Source: Candidatus Cloacimonadota bacterium
GTDB taxonomy: Bacteria; Cloacimonadota; Cloacimonadia; JGIOTU-2
Assembly: GCA_049903315.1 (NCBI GenBank)
Contig: JBNGBT010000007.1
Location: 78,160 to 142,159 of the forward strand
Reading direction: 5' to 3'
Length of the DNA stretch: 64,000 nt
The notes beneath the pieces are model-generated. The model did not search any database and was not told where the DNA came from. It saw only the letters and a list, made by a program, of their open reading frames with translations. Of the stretch, positions 1-10,101 are shown piece after piece. Each line of letters starts with the position of its first letter. The first letter of the stretch is position 1. A program made the translations under genes and the position numbers.

Positions 1-20
1 ATTGTGAAAAAAAGAGAAAA

Positions 21-62
21 CCCCGTCCACCGGCTGGCGGACACTCCTCTGAGAGAGGGGAA
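21..62. repeat. REP-like GC-rich palindrome
   Basis: ccccgtccaccggctggcggacactcctctgagagaggggaa contains the hairpin gtccaccggctggcggac, related to tccgccagtgggcggac at 63859-63875. Confidence 0.5.
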
Positions 63-97
63 TAAAACCATGAACGAAAAATTTATAAATTTCAGGT

Positions 98-727
98 ATG
101 AGCAAAGAAGAAATGATCATACTTAGTGAGATAACAACACACGACAAGGATGATGAACTCAAGATTTCGAATAATATGAAAAAAATTCTCCCAGATATAG
201 GTCAGATCTATTTCGAATACAGCTCTCGCGCTATGCGTATCAGTATTTCCGTGAAAGTGGAGAGAGTCCGAGTCTCTGTGCCGGTAGGTGTTTCCATGAA
301 AAAAGCACAGAAATTTGTAGAGTCAAAAAGTGATTGGATATATAAACATGTGCAAAGACTCAAGGAGCTTCAAAAGAACTATCAAGCACCTATAGCTCCA
401 CAGAATATTAATCGCACACATACAAAAGCTGTACTCATACACAAGTTGGAAACCCTCGCACAGAAGCATGGATTTACCTACAATCGTGCGTTCATAAAAA
501 ACCAGAAAACGCTGTGGGGAAGCTGTTCACACAAAAATAATATCAATCTCAATATAAAGCTTATACTTCTACCCGAGCCACTTCGAGAGTATATAATTCT
601 GCACGAGCTTGTTCATCTCAAGGTGAAAAATCATAGTAAAACTTTCTGGCAGGAACTGGCGCATTATTGCCCGGATTACATGGAGCGCAGAAAGGAATTG
701 AGAGTGTATCGGCTGGAATTCATGTAA
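98..727 (+). CDS. M48/YgjP-like zinc metallopeptidase (DUF45 family)
   Basis: WGSCS motif and YIILHELVHL...NHSKTFW zinc motif; true start may be a later Met. Confidence 0.85.
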   Translation: MSKEEMIILSEITTHDKDDELKISNNMKKILPDIGQIYFEYSSRAMRISISVKVERVRVSVPVGVSMKKAQKFVESKSDWIYKHVQRLKELQKNYQAPIAPQNINRTHTKAVLIHKLETLAQKHGFTYNRAFIKNQKTLWGSCSHKNNINLNIKLILLPEPLREYIILHELVHLKVKNHSKTFWQELAHYCPDYMERRKELRVYRLEFM

Positions 728-950
728 TCTAACTATTGTGTATTCTACCAAAGAGAATACAGAGATCACAGAGAATTATTAGTAAAATATTGCTAGCTTG
801 CGGATTGGGCTGTGTAGTAACAAAAAGCACTTTAACTCACGATCACTCGTCTCCTAGATTATTATAGGAGTATGAACAATTAAATAAATATTTTGACAGA
901 AATTTACCATCTTCATAACTCTCTTTAAGAAATCTTCGAAAAGGTCTGCC

Positions 951-2084
951 ATGTATAAAAAATATAAGATCATATTATTAATATTTTTCTTCAGTTTCTT
1001 ATTTTTAGGTGCTGATGAAAATGAAAGTGAATATTCTTTGGACGGCATTGATGGACCATACATTTTCAGTGCAGGGGATTCCGTGCTTGTATATGAAATA
1101 AATGAGGATAATGAACTTAGTTCTTATAATGCAACTCGTTCAGATACCTTCAAAGTCGTTGTACCTAACGAAACAAATGACACCTTTTATTTTACCCTTC
1201 AGGAAAGATTGAAAATCTATCCGGCATGTTATCCGAATATCGAAAGGATATTTGCCGTTTCGGATATCGAAGGAAATTTTAATGCACTTGTGAGTCTTCT
1301 CCAAGAAAATGGAATTATTGATAAAAATTTTAACTGGGCTTTTAGTGATGGACATCTCGTGGTGAATGGAGATCTGGTTGATAGGGGAGAATTCGTCACA
1401 CCAATTCTCTGGCTTATCTACAAACTCGAACAAGAGGCGCAGGCACAAAATGGGATGGTGCACGTTATTCTGGGAAATCATGAGAACATGGATATCAAAG
1501 GACGAACAGACTATGCACAGAATAAGTACATCGCAGCTGCACAGAGAATCTGTCATAATGAGGATCCATCTGAATCACTTAAGTTTTTATTTTCAAAAGA
1601 TTCCGAACTCGGAGCATGGCTTAGGACTAAGAATTCTATTGAAAAAATAGGGAATATCATTTTTGTTCACGCTGGTTTGAGTCCGGAACTTATTGAGTAC
1701 GATTTTACTTTTCAACAGATCAATGATTCAATTCGGAAATATCTCGATTATCAAACAGGAGATATAGAAAATGAGGATAGTCAGTTTCTCTTCCGTAGTT
1801 TTGGTCCTCTCTGGTTTAGAGGAATGATCATGGATTATAAAGATTATTATACTAAAATAACAGAGGTGCAAGTCGATTCGCTTCTTGCGCAGTACGATGC
1901 AAATACTGTGGTCATAGGGCACACAATTGTGGATAGTGTCAGTGCGGATTATAATGGAAAAATCATAAGAATTGATGTTCATCAACCTGAAGAAAAGCAT
2001 ACAGGAAATGCTCAAGCACTTCTTATAGAGAATAATCATTTTTACAAAGTAAACGATCTTGGAGAAAAAGTAAAACTGAAATAA
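951..2084 (+). CDS. Secreted calcineurin-like metallophosphoesterase
   Basis: Signal peptide; SDIEG, GDLVDRG, GNHE, FVHAG and GHT motifs. Confidence 0.9.
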   Translation: MYKKYKIILLIFFFSFLFLGADENESEYSLDGIDGPYIFSAGDSVLVYEINEDNELSSYNATRSDTFKVVVPNETNDTFYFTLQERLKIYPACYPNIERIFAVSDIEGNFNALVSLLQENGIIDKNFNWAFSDGHLVVNGDLVDRGEFVTPILWLIYKLEQEAQAQNGMVHVILGNHENMDIKGRTDYAQNKYIAAAQRICHNEDPSESLKFLFSKDSELGAWLRTKNSIEKIGNIIFVHAGLSPELIEYDFTFQQINDSIRKYLDYQTGDIENEDSQFLFRSFGPLWFRGMIMDYKDYYTKITEVQVDSLLAQYDANTVVIGHTIVDSVSADYNGKIIRIDVHQPEEKHTGNAQALLIENNHFYKVNDLGEKVKLK

Positions 2085-2159
2085 TCAACTGTTCATAGCG
2101 TAAGATTCCAACCTTTCAAACCGTTGAAAAGTTTGAAAGAAACCGTTTGCAATGTTTTA

Positions 2160-2390
2160 TTATAATTCCAACCCTTTCAGATCTTCGACATTTATACTCA
2201 ACTGTGACATACAATCCTCGATTCCTTTATTATAAAACTCCTTTGCCAGGTTTTCTGTGAAGAAATCCAGTAGGAGGATCGCAGCGAGTTCTCCAATCTC
2301 TTCATCTCGTTCATTCAGGAAGAATATCTTTATCTTCTCAATCATTTTATCCTTTACTTCCTTTGAAAGTTCCACGCTTCTTTTTTTCAT
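2160..2390 (-). CDS. DUF2164 family small protein
   Basis: ERDEEIGELAA.LLLDFF....FYNKG pattern typical of DUF2164. Confidence 0.75.
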   Translation of the reverse strand: MKKRSVELSKEVKDKMIEKIKIFFLNERDEEIGELAAILLLDFFTENLAKEFYNKGIEDCMSQLSINVEDLKGLEL

Positions 2391-2500
2391 AAGCTTTTGC
2401 TCTCCGGTTTTATGAGTAATTTTTTGATAGTGTATGATTTGTCAAAGCATTTACATTTTATTTCTTGACACGAGAAATGTTAAAGTAATAAGAAATTACT

Positions 2501-3049
2501 ATGAAAAAACAATGTCCTACTTTTATAAATAAAGGAACATATCTTTTAATCACAATACCCGTTATCCTTTTATACATAGCGATTGGTTATTATCTCTGGA
2601 ATTTTGCCAATATCTTCTTCTGGATATATCTTGCTTTGTTCATCCTCACTAATATGTTTCAGAGTTACTGCTGTGCCTATCAACACTGCCCTTATATGCA
2701 TGGATTCTGTTCCGGAATAGGCGGCTTTATTGTACCAGCCAGTCGAATAGCGCGATTATTTAAGAGTAAAGCGACCTCAAAATCCCTTTTCAATTTATCA
2801 ACAGTAATTGCATCAATATCAGCGTTGGGAATTATCATTTTACCTTTATTCTTCCTTCAAGCTCTGGGCATACTCTTTACACTCCTCTATTGTTTGATAT
2901 TTATTGCTTATGGAGAGTTATTCTTGAATATTATATGTCCCGATTGTGTAACAAAAAAGACCTGTCCTGCAGGATCCCTGTCTTCGAAAATTATTGTGGA
3001 GACTAGTACATCCGATATTTCTTCAGATCCTGATAATAAGCTGGAGTAA
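2501..3049 (+). CDS. Four-TM membrane protein with two Cys clusters
   Basis: Hydrophobic helices; CCAYQHCPYMHGFC and CPDCVTKKTCP; upstream TTGACA. Confidence 0.65.
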   Translation: MKKQCPTFINKGTYLLITIPVILLYIAIGYYLWNFANIFFWIYLALFILTNMFQSYCCAYQHCPYMHGFCSGIGGFIVPASRIARLFKSKATSKSLFNLSTVIASISALGIIILPLFFLQALGILFTLLYCLIFIAYGELFLNIICPDCVTKKTCPAGSLSSKIIVETSTSDISSDPDNKLE

Positions 3050-5144
3050 TACTTACAGCTGCACCGCCACCTTCAACTAAAGGGAGCTTGAGAATTGTCT
3101 TGTTACTAACGATCACATTTTCAATTCTATAAGACATTGGATTATCCTTCCAGTGAGCATCCAAATCATCCATGTAAAGAGTGGCAATATACCGTTGATT
3201 AGGTGTGAGGAAATGAAGGGAAATCTCTGATGTTCTTGCTTGTTCATCAGTTATTGCGCCAATATACCATTCATCTTTTTCTTTTGCTTTCCGAGCAATC
3301 GTAATATAATCTCCCGGTTCAGCTTCGATAATTTTCATATCATCCCAGTCGACCGGAACATCTTCTATGAATCGAAATGCATCGAGGAATCGCTTATAAT
3401 TTTCAGGAAGGTCAGCAGCCATTTGCAGGGGACTGTACATTGTGACATATAGTGCCAGCTGCTTAGCAAGCGTCGTGTGAACCTGTTCCCTTTTCTTAGG
3501 ATTGTAATAATCCAATTTTATCTGGAAAATTCCCGGAGTATAATCCATGGGACCACCCATCAAACGTGTGAAAGGAAGTATTGTTTCATGTTCGGGAGCA
3601 TTGCCAGAACTCCATGCATTGTACTCATTCCCCCGTGCAGATTCGCAGGCAAGCCAGTTGGGATAGGTTCGATGAAGTCCGGTCGGACGGCAGGATTCAT
3701 GGGAGTTGACCATAATATTATTTTCCGCTGTTTGCTGCGCGACGTGCACATAATGATTCACCATCCACTGTCCGTCATGATACTCGCCCCGCGGAATGAT
3801 CCTGCCTACATAGCCTGTTTTGACCGTATCGTAGCCATGCTTTTTCATGAACTCATAGGCATCGTGCATTCTGCGTTCGTAATTTGTGACAGAGCTCGAA
3901 GTCTCATGATGCATAATGAGTTTTACACCTTTTTCTTCTGCATAATGCTGCAATTCTTCAACATCGAAATCTGGGTAGGGTGTTACAAAATCGAAAACTT
4001 CTTCTTTCCATTTACCATACCAGTCCTCCCATCCAATATCCCATCCTTCGACCAGTACACCATCAAAACCATGTTCTTCAGCAAAATCTATATATCGTTT
4101 TGTATTTTCAGTTGTAGCGCCATGCCTCCCATTGGGAGTGAGTGATTGCCAATCCGTTCCCTCTAATTTTACATTTCCTACATCAGCATAGTTCCATGAG
4201 TTTTTTCCCACATGTAGGCACCACCAGATCCCGATGTATTTCTGAGGATGAATCCAGCTTGTGTCTTCGAGTTTGCATGGTTCATTCACATTCAATATCA
4301 GATTTGATGCAAGTATATCCTCTGCTTTATCGCTTATGATAATGGTTCTCCATGGCGTTTTGAATGGAGTTTGAATATAGGCTAAATTTCCCACTGCATC
4401 AGGAACGAGTTCGGCTGAAAGAATGCTGTTATACCTATCTATGAGAAGATGCATAACAGGATAATTTACCAATTCTGCTTCGTGGATATTGATGTATAAT
4501 CCGTTATCTGTTTTCATCATAAGAGGAGTCTGCACTGCATTATCTGCTATAATAGTTCGTGTGCCGATCTCGCTTGCAGTCAGTCCTTTTTGTGCATGGA
4601 CTTCACTTAATTTTGAGGTTGTATATGCGTACTCATTCGTATCATAATCCCCTGAAATCCAGAAAGCTTTATGATCACCTGCAAGATTGAATTGAGTTTT
4701 TTCTTTTTGAATAATGAAATAGGACAGATTTTTTTGCTCGGGAAATTCATAGCGAAATGCAACTCCGTCATTGTATGCTCGGAAATAGATCTTCAATGTC
4801 CTGTTGCTCAATTTTTTCTGCTCAAGAATAACTGTAAGTCCGTTATAATGATCTCGTATTGATTTGTATTCTCCCCAAACCGGCTCCCAGGTTTCATCAT
4901 ACGAGCAAGTGTCTGTAGATATAATACTAAATTGCGAATCCATTGCAGGAGAGTTCTTGATCTCGAAACCAAGAATGCTCGGTTCGATAACAGGTTTACC
5001 TTTGTAATAAACACTATATAGGGGAATTCCATTCACGTCGAGGGTGAAGTTAAGTTCGATGTTTTTATCTGGTGAAAAGAGTGTTGTTGCATGGATATTC
5101 ATCGTCATCAGTACCCCGAAAAGTAATAATATAATATTTTTCAT
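3003..5144 (-). CDS. Glycoside hydrolase family 97 (SusB-like alpha-glucosidase)
   Basis: GVLVEGW, MHHET, HE..RPTGL.RTYPN, ESARGNEY, PFTR.MGGPMDYTPG motifs; start placed at the MKNIILLL signal peptide. Confidence 0.92.
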   Translation of the reverse strand: MKNIILLLFGVLMTMNIHATTLFSPDKNIELNFTLDVNGIPLYSVYYKGKPVIEPSILGFEIKNSPAMDSQFSIISTDTCSYDETWEPVWGEYKSIRDHYNGLTVILEQKKLSNRTLKIYFRAYNDGVAFRYEFPEQKNLSYFIIQKEKTQFNLAGDHKAFWISGDYDTNEYAYTTSKLSEVHAQKGLTASEIGTRTIIADNAVQTPLMMKTDNGLYINIHEAELVNYPVMHLLIDRYNSILSAELVPDAVGNLAYIQTPFKTPWRTIIISDKAEDILASNLILNVNEPCKLEDTSWIHPQKYIGIWWCLHVGKNSWNYADVGNVKLEGTDWQSLTPNGRHGATTENTKRYIDFAEEHGFDGVLVEGWDIGWEDWYGKWKEEVFDFVTPYPDFDVEELQHYAEEKGVKLIMHHETSSSVTNYERRMHDAYEFMKKHGYDTVKTGYVGRIIPRGEYHDGQWMVNHYVHVAQQTAENNIMVNSHESCRPTGLHRTYPNWLACESARGNEYNAWSSGNAPEHETILPFTRLMGGPMDYTPGIFQIKLDYYNPKKREQVHTTLAKQLALYVTMYSPLQMAADLPENYKRFLDAFRFIEDVPVDWDDMKIIEAEPGDYITIARKAKEKDEWYIGAITDEQARTSEISLHFLTPNQRYIATLYMDDLDAHWKDNPMSYRIENVIVSNKTILKLPLVEGGGAAVSITPAYYQDLKKYRMY

Positions 5145-5281
5145 AATTTTAAAATCCGTCATTGAATCTTTACTTACTATTGAAAAACTGAATTTCAATT
5201 TATTTTGTCAACTTGAACGATACCTAAATGTACAGATGCAATTTTCATTTGGGTGTTTATACAAAATAAATAATAAATAAT

Positions 5282-5316
5282 TTGACAAATTCGACCATTC
5301 AACCAAATTAGTCGAA
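5282..5316 (+). promoter_or_regulatory. Promoter -35 (TTGACA) with adjacent inverted repeat, probable TetR operator
   Basis: TTGACA 5282-5287; TTCGAC(5290-5295)-N15-GTCGAA(5311-5316) just upstream of tetR. Confidence 0.55.
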
Positions 5317-5335
5317 AAATATAAATGGGGCGTGG

Positions 5336-5908
5336 ATGAATAATAAAGAAGAGTTGATAATTGATTCTGCCGAAGAAGTTTTTGCCCGTTTTGGTTACAA
5401 AAAATCAACAATGGAAGACATCGCAGCACAAGCACATATTGGAAAAGCAACACTGTATTATTATTTTCCAAGTAAAGAAGTTATATTTGGTGAAGTGATC
5501 CGCAAAGATTCGGAGCAGTTCAGGTCAAAGCTTAATGAAGCTGCTGCAACAGCCGATACACCGGAAGCGAAGATCCGTGCATACGTGGCTGCCCGAATGA
5601 TCCATCTTGAGGATATGAGTAAATTTTATCCAACTCTCACACAGGAATACCTGGATCACTATTTCTTTGTTGAGAAAATCCGCAAAGAGTTTTATGATTA
5701 CGAAAATACAATACTGAGCACTCTTCTTCAGGATGGAATTGATCAAAATTCATTTTTTGTTGATGATGTCGAATGCACAGCCCGAATGCTCGCTATCGCA
5801 ATTAAAGGTCTCGAATATCCAATGCTGCAAAATAAAGAGAACTATGATATCATTGGAGAGAGTACAAAAATGCTCGATATCATCTTTAATGGAATTAAAA
5901 GGAGATAA
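5336..5908 (+). CDS. TetR/AcrR family transcriptional regulator
   Basis: N-terminal HTH: FARFGYKKSTMEDIAAQAHIGKATLYYYFPSKE. Confidence 0.93.
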   Translation: MNNKEELIIDSAEEVFARFGYKKSTMEDIAAQAHIGKATLYYYFPSKEVIFGEVIRKDSEQFRSKLNEAAATADTPEAKIRAYVAARMIHLEDMSKFYPTLTQEYLDHYFFVEKIRKEFYDYENTILSTLLQDGIDQNSFFVDDVECTARMLAIAIKGLEYPMLQNKENYDIIGESTKMLDIIFNGIKRR

Positions 5909-5953
5909 GGTGAATATGTTAAGCAATCAATTTATTACAAAAGGAATCAAAAA

Positions 5954-7111
5954 ATGTTGAAACAATATTTATCATCAGAGTTACCTGAATTAAAAATTGA
6001 TGATCTGGTTATCAAAAATTCAATAATTCAGGGAGGGATGGGAGTTGGAATTTCCATGTCGGGTCTTGCTTCTGCAGTCGCGGACGAAGGATGCATAGGG
6101 GTCATGTCATCTGTAGGACTTGGATTGCTGCAGGATAAAAATTTAGATAATTACAGGCAGGGAAACCTTGTAGCGCTCAGAGAAGAAATACGTAAAGCAA
6201 AGCAAATGTCCAAAGGCGTTATTGGATTGAATGTTATGGTTGCAGTGTCGGACTATGATGATCTTGTTACTACTGCAATTGAAGAAGAGATCGATATATT
6301 ATTTTTGGGTGCCGGCTTGCCACTTAAATTACCTCAAAAAGTTTCAATCGAACAGTTGCGTTCTATAAAAACCAAGATATTCCCAATCGTTTCTTCTGCT
6401 CGGGCTGCAAAACTTATCTTTCAAACATGGGATAAAAAATTTGATCATGTGCCGGATGGCGTAGTGGTTGAAGGTCCAAAAGCAGGGGGACATCTCGGTT
6501 TCAAAACAGAGCAGATAGACGATGTGGAATTTGAACTTGAAAAGATTGTTCCTCAAGTTGTAGAGCAAATAATCCCTTTCAGAGAAAAATATGGAAAAGA
6601 TCTGCCCGTCATTGCTGCAGGTGGAATATTCACAGGTGAAGATATCTTGCGTTTTCTCCAGCTTGGTGCATCCGGAGTTCAGATGGGAACAAGATTTGTC
6701 GCCACAAATGAATGCGATGCAGATATTAAATTCAAGGAGCAGTACATCTATTGCAAAAAAGAAGACATTGTCATCATAAAAAGCCCGGTTGGACTGCCCG
6801 GGAGAGCAATAATCAATAATTTCCTGCGCGATGTAAGTGCCGGCATAAAAAAACCCTTCAAATGTCCGTGGAAGTGCTTAAAAACCTGTGATTTTAAAAC
6901 ATCCTTATATTGTATTGCAAAAGCTCTAATGAATGCCAAGATCGGTGATTTGACGCACGGATTCAGCTTTGCAGGTTCAAATGCATACAGGATTGAGAAT
7001 ATAATTTCCGTAAAGGAATTGATAGAATCTCTGAAAAGAGAATTCGAGAATGCATGCATACAATTCAATCAATTGCTTGAACCAGCCTTGATTCCAGTGG
7101 TAATCAGATAA
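5954..7111 (+). CDS. Nitronate monooxygenase family flavoprotein (FabK/FabX-like)
   Basis: IIQGGMGVGIS, EGPKAGGHLG, IAAGGI, GVQMGTRF; C-terminal CPWKCLKTC...YCI. Confidence 0.88.
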   Translation: MLKQYLSSELPELKIDDLVIKNSIIQGGMGVGISMSGLASAVADEGCIGVMSSVGLGLLQDKNLDNYRQGNLVALREEIRKAKQMSKGVIGLNVMVAVSDYDDLVTTAIEEEIDILFLGAGLPLKLPQKVSIEQLRSIKTKIFPIVSSARAAKLIFQTWDKKFDHVPDGVVVEGPKAGGHLGFKTEQIDDVEFELEKIVPQVVEQIIPFREKYGKDLPVIAAGGIFTGEDILRFLQLGASGVQMGTRFVATNECDADIKFKEQYIYCKKEDIVIIKSPVGLPGRAIINNFLRDVSAGIKKPFKCPWKCLKTCDFKTSLYCIAKALMNAKIGDLTHGFSFAGSNAYRIENIISVKELIESLKREFENACIQFNQLLEPALIPVVIR

Positions 7112-7152
7112 TAAAATTTTAAGAAAGCAATCAAAATATTTATTTATAAAAC

Positions 7153-7188
7153 TTGACCTCAAATCAACCTGTAATACATTTTATTACA
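7153..7188 (+). promoter_or_regulatory. TA promoter with inverted-repeat operator
   Basis: TTGACC (7153) -N16- TACATT, overlapped by TGTAATA-N5-TATTACA (7170-7188). Confidence 0.6.
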
Positions 7189-7207
7189 AATTATTATTGG
7201 AGTCAGC

Positions 7208-7426
7208 ATGAGAGAAATTTTAACAATAAGTATTGATAAAGATTTAAAAAAATCAATTGCTCAGAAAGCGATAGAACTCAATACAACACAGAGTGAACTT
7301 GTAAAAAGAGCGATACAAAAATATATCATTCATCAAGAATTTCAAGAGCTCAGAGACATGCTCATTCCGTATGCCGAGAAAGCTGGTTATTATACCGACG
7401 AAGATGTGTTCAAAGAAATATCATGA
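7208..7426 (+). CDS. Ribbon-helix-helix (CopG-like) antitoxin
   Basis: LTISIDKDL...SELVKRAIQKY; C-terminal G..TDEDVF; ATGA overlap with the PIN gene. Confidence 0.8.
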   Translation: MREILTISIDKDLKKSIAQKAIELNTTQSELVKRAIQKYIIHQEFQELRDMLIPYAEKAGYYTDEDVFKEIS

Positions 7427-7824
7427 AAGTTGTTCTGGATTCAAATGTAATCATTTCTGCACTCATTACTCAAGGTCTTTCATCCAGATTATTTGATATT
7501 TGTATTGATAAACATGTCATTTTTATTTCTGCATGGATTCTTGATGAAGTAACGCGCATCTTACGCACAAAATTTATAGTTGAGCATGAAAAAATAACAC
7601 GAACTAAAAATTTCCTGTTATCAACTTGTGTGTTCATTAAACCTGAGGGAAATATACCGACGCAATTTAGAGATCAAGATGATAATAATATTCTCCATAT
7701 TGCAGAGACAGTAAAAGCAGAGATAATTATTACCGGTGATGAAGATCTACTTATCCTAAAAGAGCATCTTTCAACAAAAATAATTTCACCCAGAATTTTC
7801 ATGGAAAAGTTCAATACTAATTAA
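7423..7824 (+). CDS. PIN-domain toxin (putative type II TA)
   Basis: MKVVLDSNVIISA...RDQDDN...IITGDEDLL. Confidence 0.88.
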   Translation: MKVVLDSNVIISALITQGLSSRLFDICIDKHVIFISAWILDEVTRILRTKFIVEHEKITRTKNFLLSTCVFIKPEGNIPTQFRDQDDNNILHIAETVKAEIIITGDEDLLILKEHLSTKIISPRIFMEKFNTN

Positions 7825-7905
7825 GAAGTAAATTCAATTTTCTTTGACAATTCAATCAACTTGTAAAAATTTAATAAATTATAAAAAAAGACTAAAGAGG
7901 TATTA

Positions 7906-8958
7906 ATGAAAAAACATATTATATTAATTCTGGTTATTATAATCATTAGCTTTTCTATGGCTCACGCTGAACAAGCAAAAAGATATGCACTCAAATCAGC
8001 TCATATCGTGTATGAACTTACTGGAAATATAACCGGTGAAAAAGAGGTCTGGTTTGATGATTATGGCATGAAATACTTCGAGGAAACAAACGAGACTACA
8101 ACCATCAAAATAATGGGCATTACAAGCGAACAAAATGAACACACTCTCGTTATCCATGACGGGCAGACTATATATGATATAGATATGCTCACAAAGACCG
8201 GTTACAAAGGCACAATGCCAAGCATGGATGAAATGATGGATTTATCGAAAAATATGAACGAAGCAGAACAAAAACAACTGGCTGATGATATCATGGAATC
8301 CTTAGAAGGTCAGAAATTAGGCACGGAAACCTTTCTTGGTAAAACCTGTGAAGTCATAGAAATTATGGGTGTGAAATCATGGATTTATAACGGGATTACT
8401 CTGAAAACCGAAGCGAATATGATGGGCATGGTTGCAAATGAGACCGCAACAAAATTTGAAGAGAATGTTAAAATACCCGCAACAAAATTTGAACCTCTAC
8501 AAGGCATCACATATGAAGACATGCCCAGCTATGGTGATATGTTTAGCGATGAAGATGATGAAGACACATATTATGAGGATGAAGAAGAAGCAGATCTGCC
8601 GGTTCCCATTACTTATGATGAATTCAAGAACGGCTTGAATGGTTTAGGAAGCGCTGGCTATACTCAAACAATGGTCATGCAGGAAGATGGGCAGTATATG
8701 GCAATGTATATGAGTGGTATGGGCTCAATGCTCATGATCATAGGTTCTGGATATTCATCTGAAGATCTTGATGCTGGTTTTGAGTCATTTACTCACAAGG
8801 GGAAGAGCATGAAATATGGCAACATTGCTGAAGGTGGGAATTCGATCTCCATACTTGTCGTGCTTTATCCTACACAAAATTTGATGATCACCATCAATTC
8901 GATGTCCGGGATGGCAAAAGATGATTTGATTGGCATCGCTGATAAACTGAAATTCTAA
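7906..8958 (+). CDS. Secreted hypothetical protein
   Basis: Signal peptide (AHA); G.ETFLGKTCEV segment resembling DUF4412-like proteins; acidic linker. Confidence 0.7.
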   Translation: MKKHIILILVIIIISFSMAHAEQAKRYALKSAHIVYELTGNITGEKEVWFDDYGMKYFEETNETTTIKIMGITSEQNEHTLVIHDGQTIYDIDMLTKTGYKGTMPSMDEMMDLSKNMNEAEQKQLADDIMESLEGQKLGTETFLGKTCEVIEIMGVKSWIYNGITLKTEANMMGMVANETATKFEENVKIPATKFEPLQGITYEDMPSYGDMFSDEDDEDTYYEDEEEADLPVPITYDEFKNGLNGLGSAGYTQTMVMQEDGQYMAMYMSGMGSMLMIIGSGYSSEDLDAGFESFTHKGKSMKYGNIAEGGNSISILVVLYPTQNLMITINSMSGMAKDDLIGIADKLKF

Positions 8959-8982
8959 TACTAAATTAAAATAAGGAATTTT

Positions 8983-9471
8983 ATGAAACACAAAATAATA
9001 GAAAGAAAAGGGATCAAACTTGTTGGTCCTCTTTATCATACGAAGATGCAAACTGCTGAAGGAATTCCCGGCTTGTGGGATAACGAATTTCTTCCACGGG
9101 CACGTGAGATCAAACATGTGGTGAACCAGAATTGCTATGGACTTGAACTCTATCCTGATAATTTCATGGATACAAAGCAATTCTCCTACATGGCTGCATT
9201 TGAAGTTTCGAAAATCGAGGATGTGCCTTTCAATATGTTCGGTGTAACATTGCCGGCAAGTACGTATGCAGTTTTTACTATAATTGGCAAACTTGATCCC
9301 AAAAAGATCATGGAGACCTTCCAGAAAATCTATCATGAATGGCTTCCTTCTTCCGGGTAAGAAATGCTGTATCCGTATGATTTCGAATTCTATGATGGTG
9401 AGAAGAAACTCTTTAAGCCGGATCAGGATGATTCTGAACTTGATATTTATTTACCGGTGATTGAAAAATAG
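8983..9471 (+). pseudogene. GyrI-like small-molecule-binding protein interrupted by an in-frame TAA
   Basis: ORF stops at WLPSSG-TAA (9358-9360); the same frame continues EMLYPYDFEFYD...ELDIYLPVIEK-TAG (9471), the normal GyrI-like C-terminus. Confidence 0.8.
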
Positions 9472-9498
9472 ATGATGTGTTAATTTTCTCAACAACTT

Positions 9499-9528
9499 CT
9501 CGTTCCACAAGTTGAACTTGGGAACGAG
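9499..9528. repeat. REP-like palindrome, family A
   Basis: ctcgttccacaagttgaacttgggaacgag (one extra base relative to the 47801 and 50201 copies). Confidence 0.85.
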
Positions 9529-9675
9529 TTCTAAATGAGGAACAAAAAATGAGGAAATGAAGGTAAGGTTATTACAAACCATTATCATATGAAAATAAAT
9601 TTGACAAAAACAAAACACATTTATTCTTTTGTAAGCACGTAATTTTTATCGTTGGGAAAATTAAAAGGAGTTGTC

Positions 9676-10089
9676 ATGAGAAAGATAAGTTTTTTTATCT
9701 TGATCTCAGCCATAGCATTGCTATTTGTACAATGCACAAATAATCAAACCTCGAATTCCGACTATATTATTACCCTCGAAGAAGCTGAACAGATACTCTT
9801 TACAGAAGTATTTCAAGACTCAATCCCATTTGATGTAAAAGTATATGAACTAACTGAACCACTGGAAAGATTTACCACGATAAAAAGTGCGCTAAACCAA
9901 TACACGATTAATAGAAAGAGTTGGTTTTTCTTTATCAATGATTGTCCTATGGCAAATTGGTCTCATCCTTGCAGATATGTACTTATCAATTATTATGATT
10001 CTTTGACGAGAAACTATTGCATCATAGATGAAGATTGGCCACCTGACTGTGTTGAGGAGATGGTCGAGGTTGAATTACAATCTAAATAA
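9676..10089 (+). CDS. Putative lipoprotein
   Basis: AGGAG RBS; LLFVQC lipobox-like; WFFFINDCPMANWSHPCRY motif. Confidence 0.65.
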   Translation: MRKISFFILISAIALLFVQCTNNQTSNSDYIITLEEAEQILFTEVFQDSIPFDVKVYELTEPLERFTTIKSALNQYTINRKSWFFFINDCPMANWSHPCRYVLINYYDSLTRNYCIIDEDWPPDCVEEMVEVELQSK

Positions 10090-10101
10090 AAGGAGTATGT
10101 C

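Noticed and set aside
747..776. cagaga-type short tandem (caaagagaatacagagatcacagagaa)
   Set aside because: A single short degenerate occurrence; not enough to call a repeat family from this window.
3477..4145. 222-aa plus-strand ORF inside GH97, and similar short overlapping ORFs throughout the track
   Set aside because: These are antisense or alternate-frame shadows of well-supported genes.
9358..9360. Stop-codon recoding or selenocysteine in the GyrI-like gene
   Set aside because: The codon is TAA, not TGA or TAG, and TAA terminates many genes in this window.
9499..9528. Integron attC interpretation of the family A palindromes
   Set aside because: There is no RYYYAAC...GTTRRRY box architecture, the elements are too short, and no integron integrase is visible.
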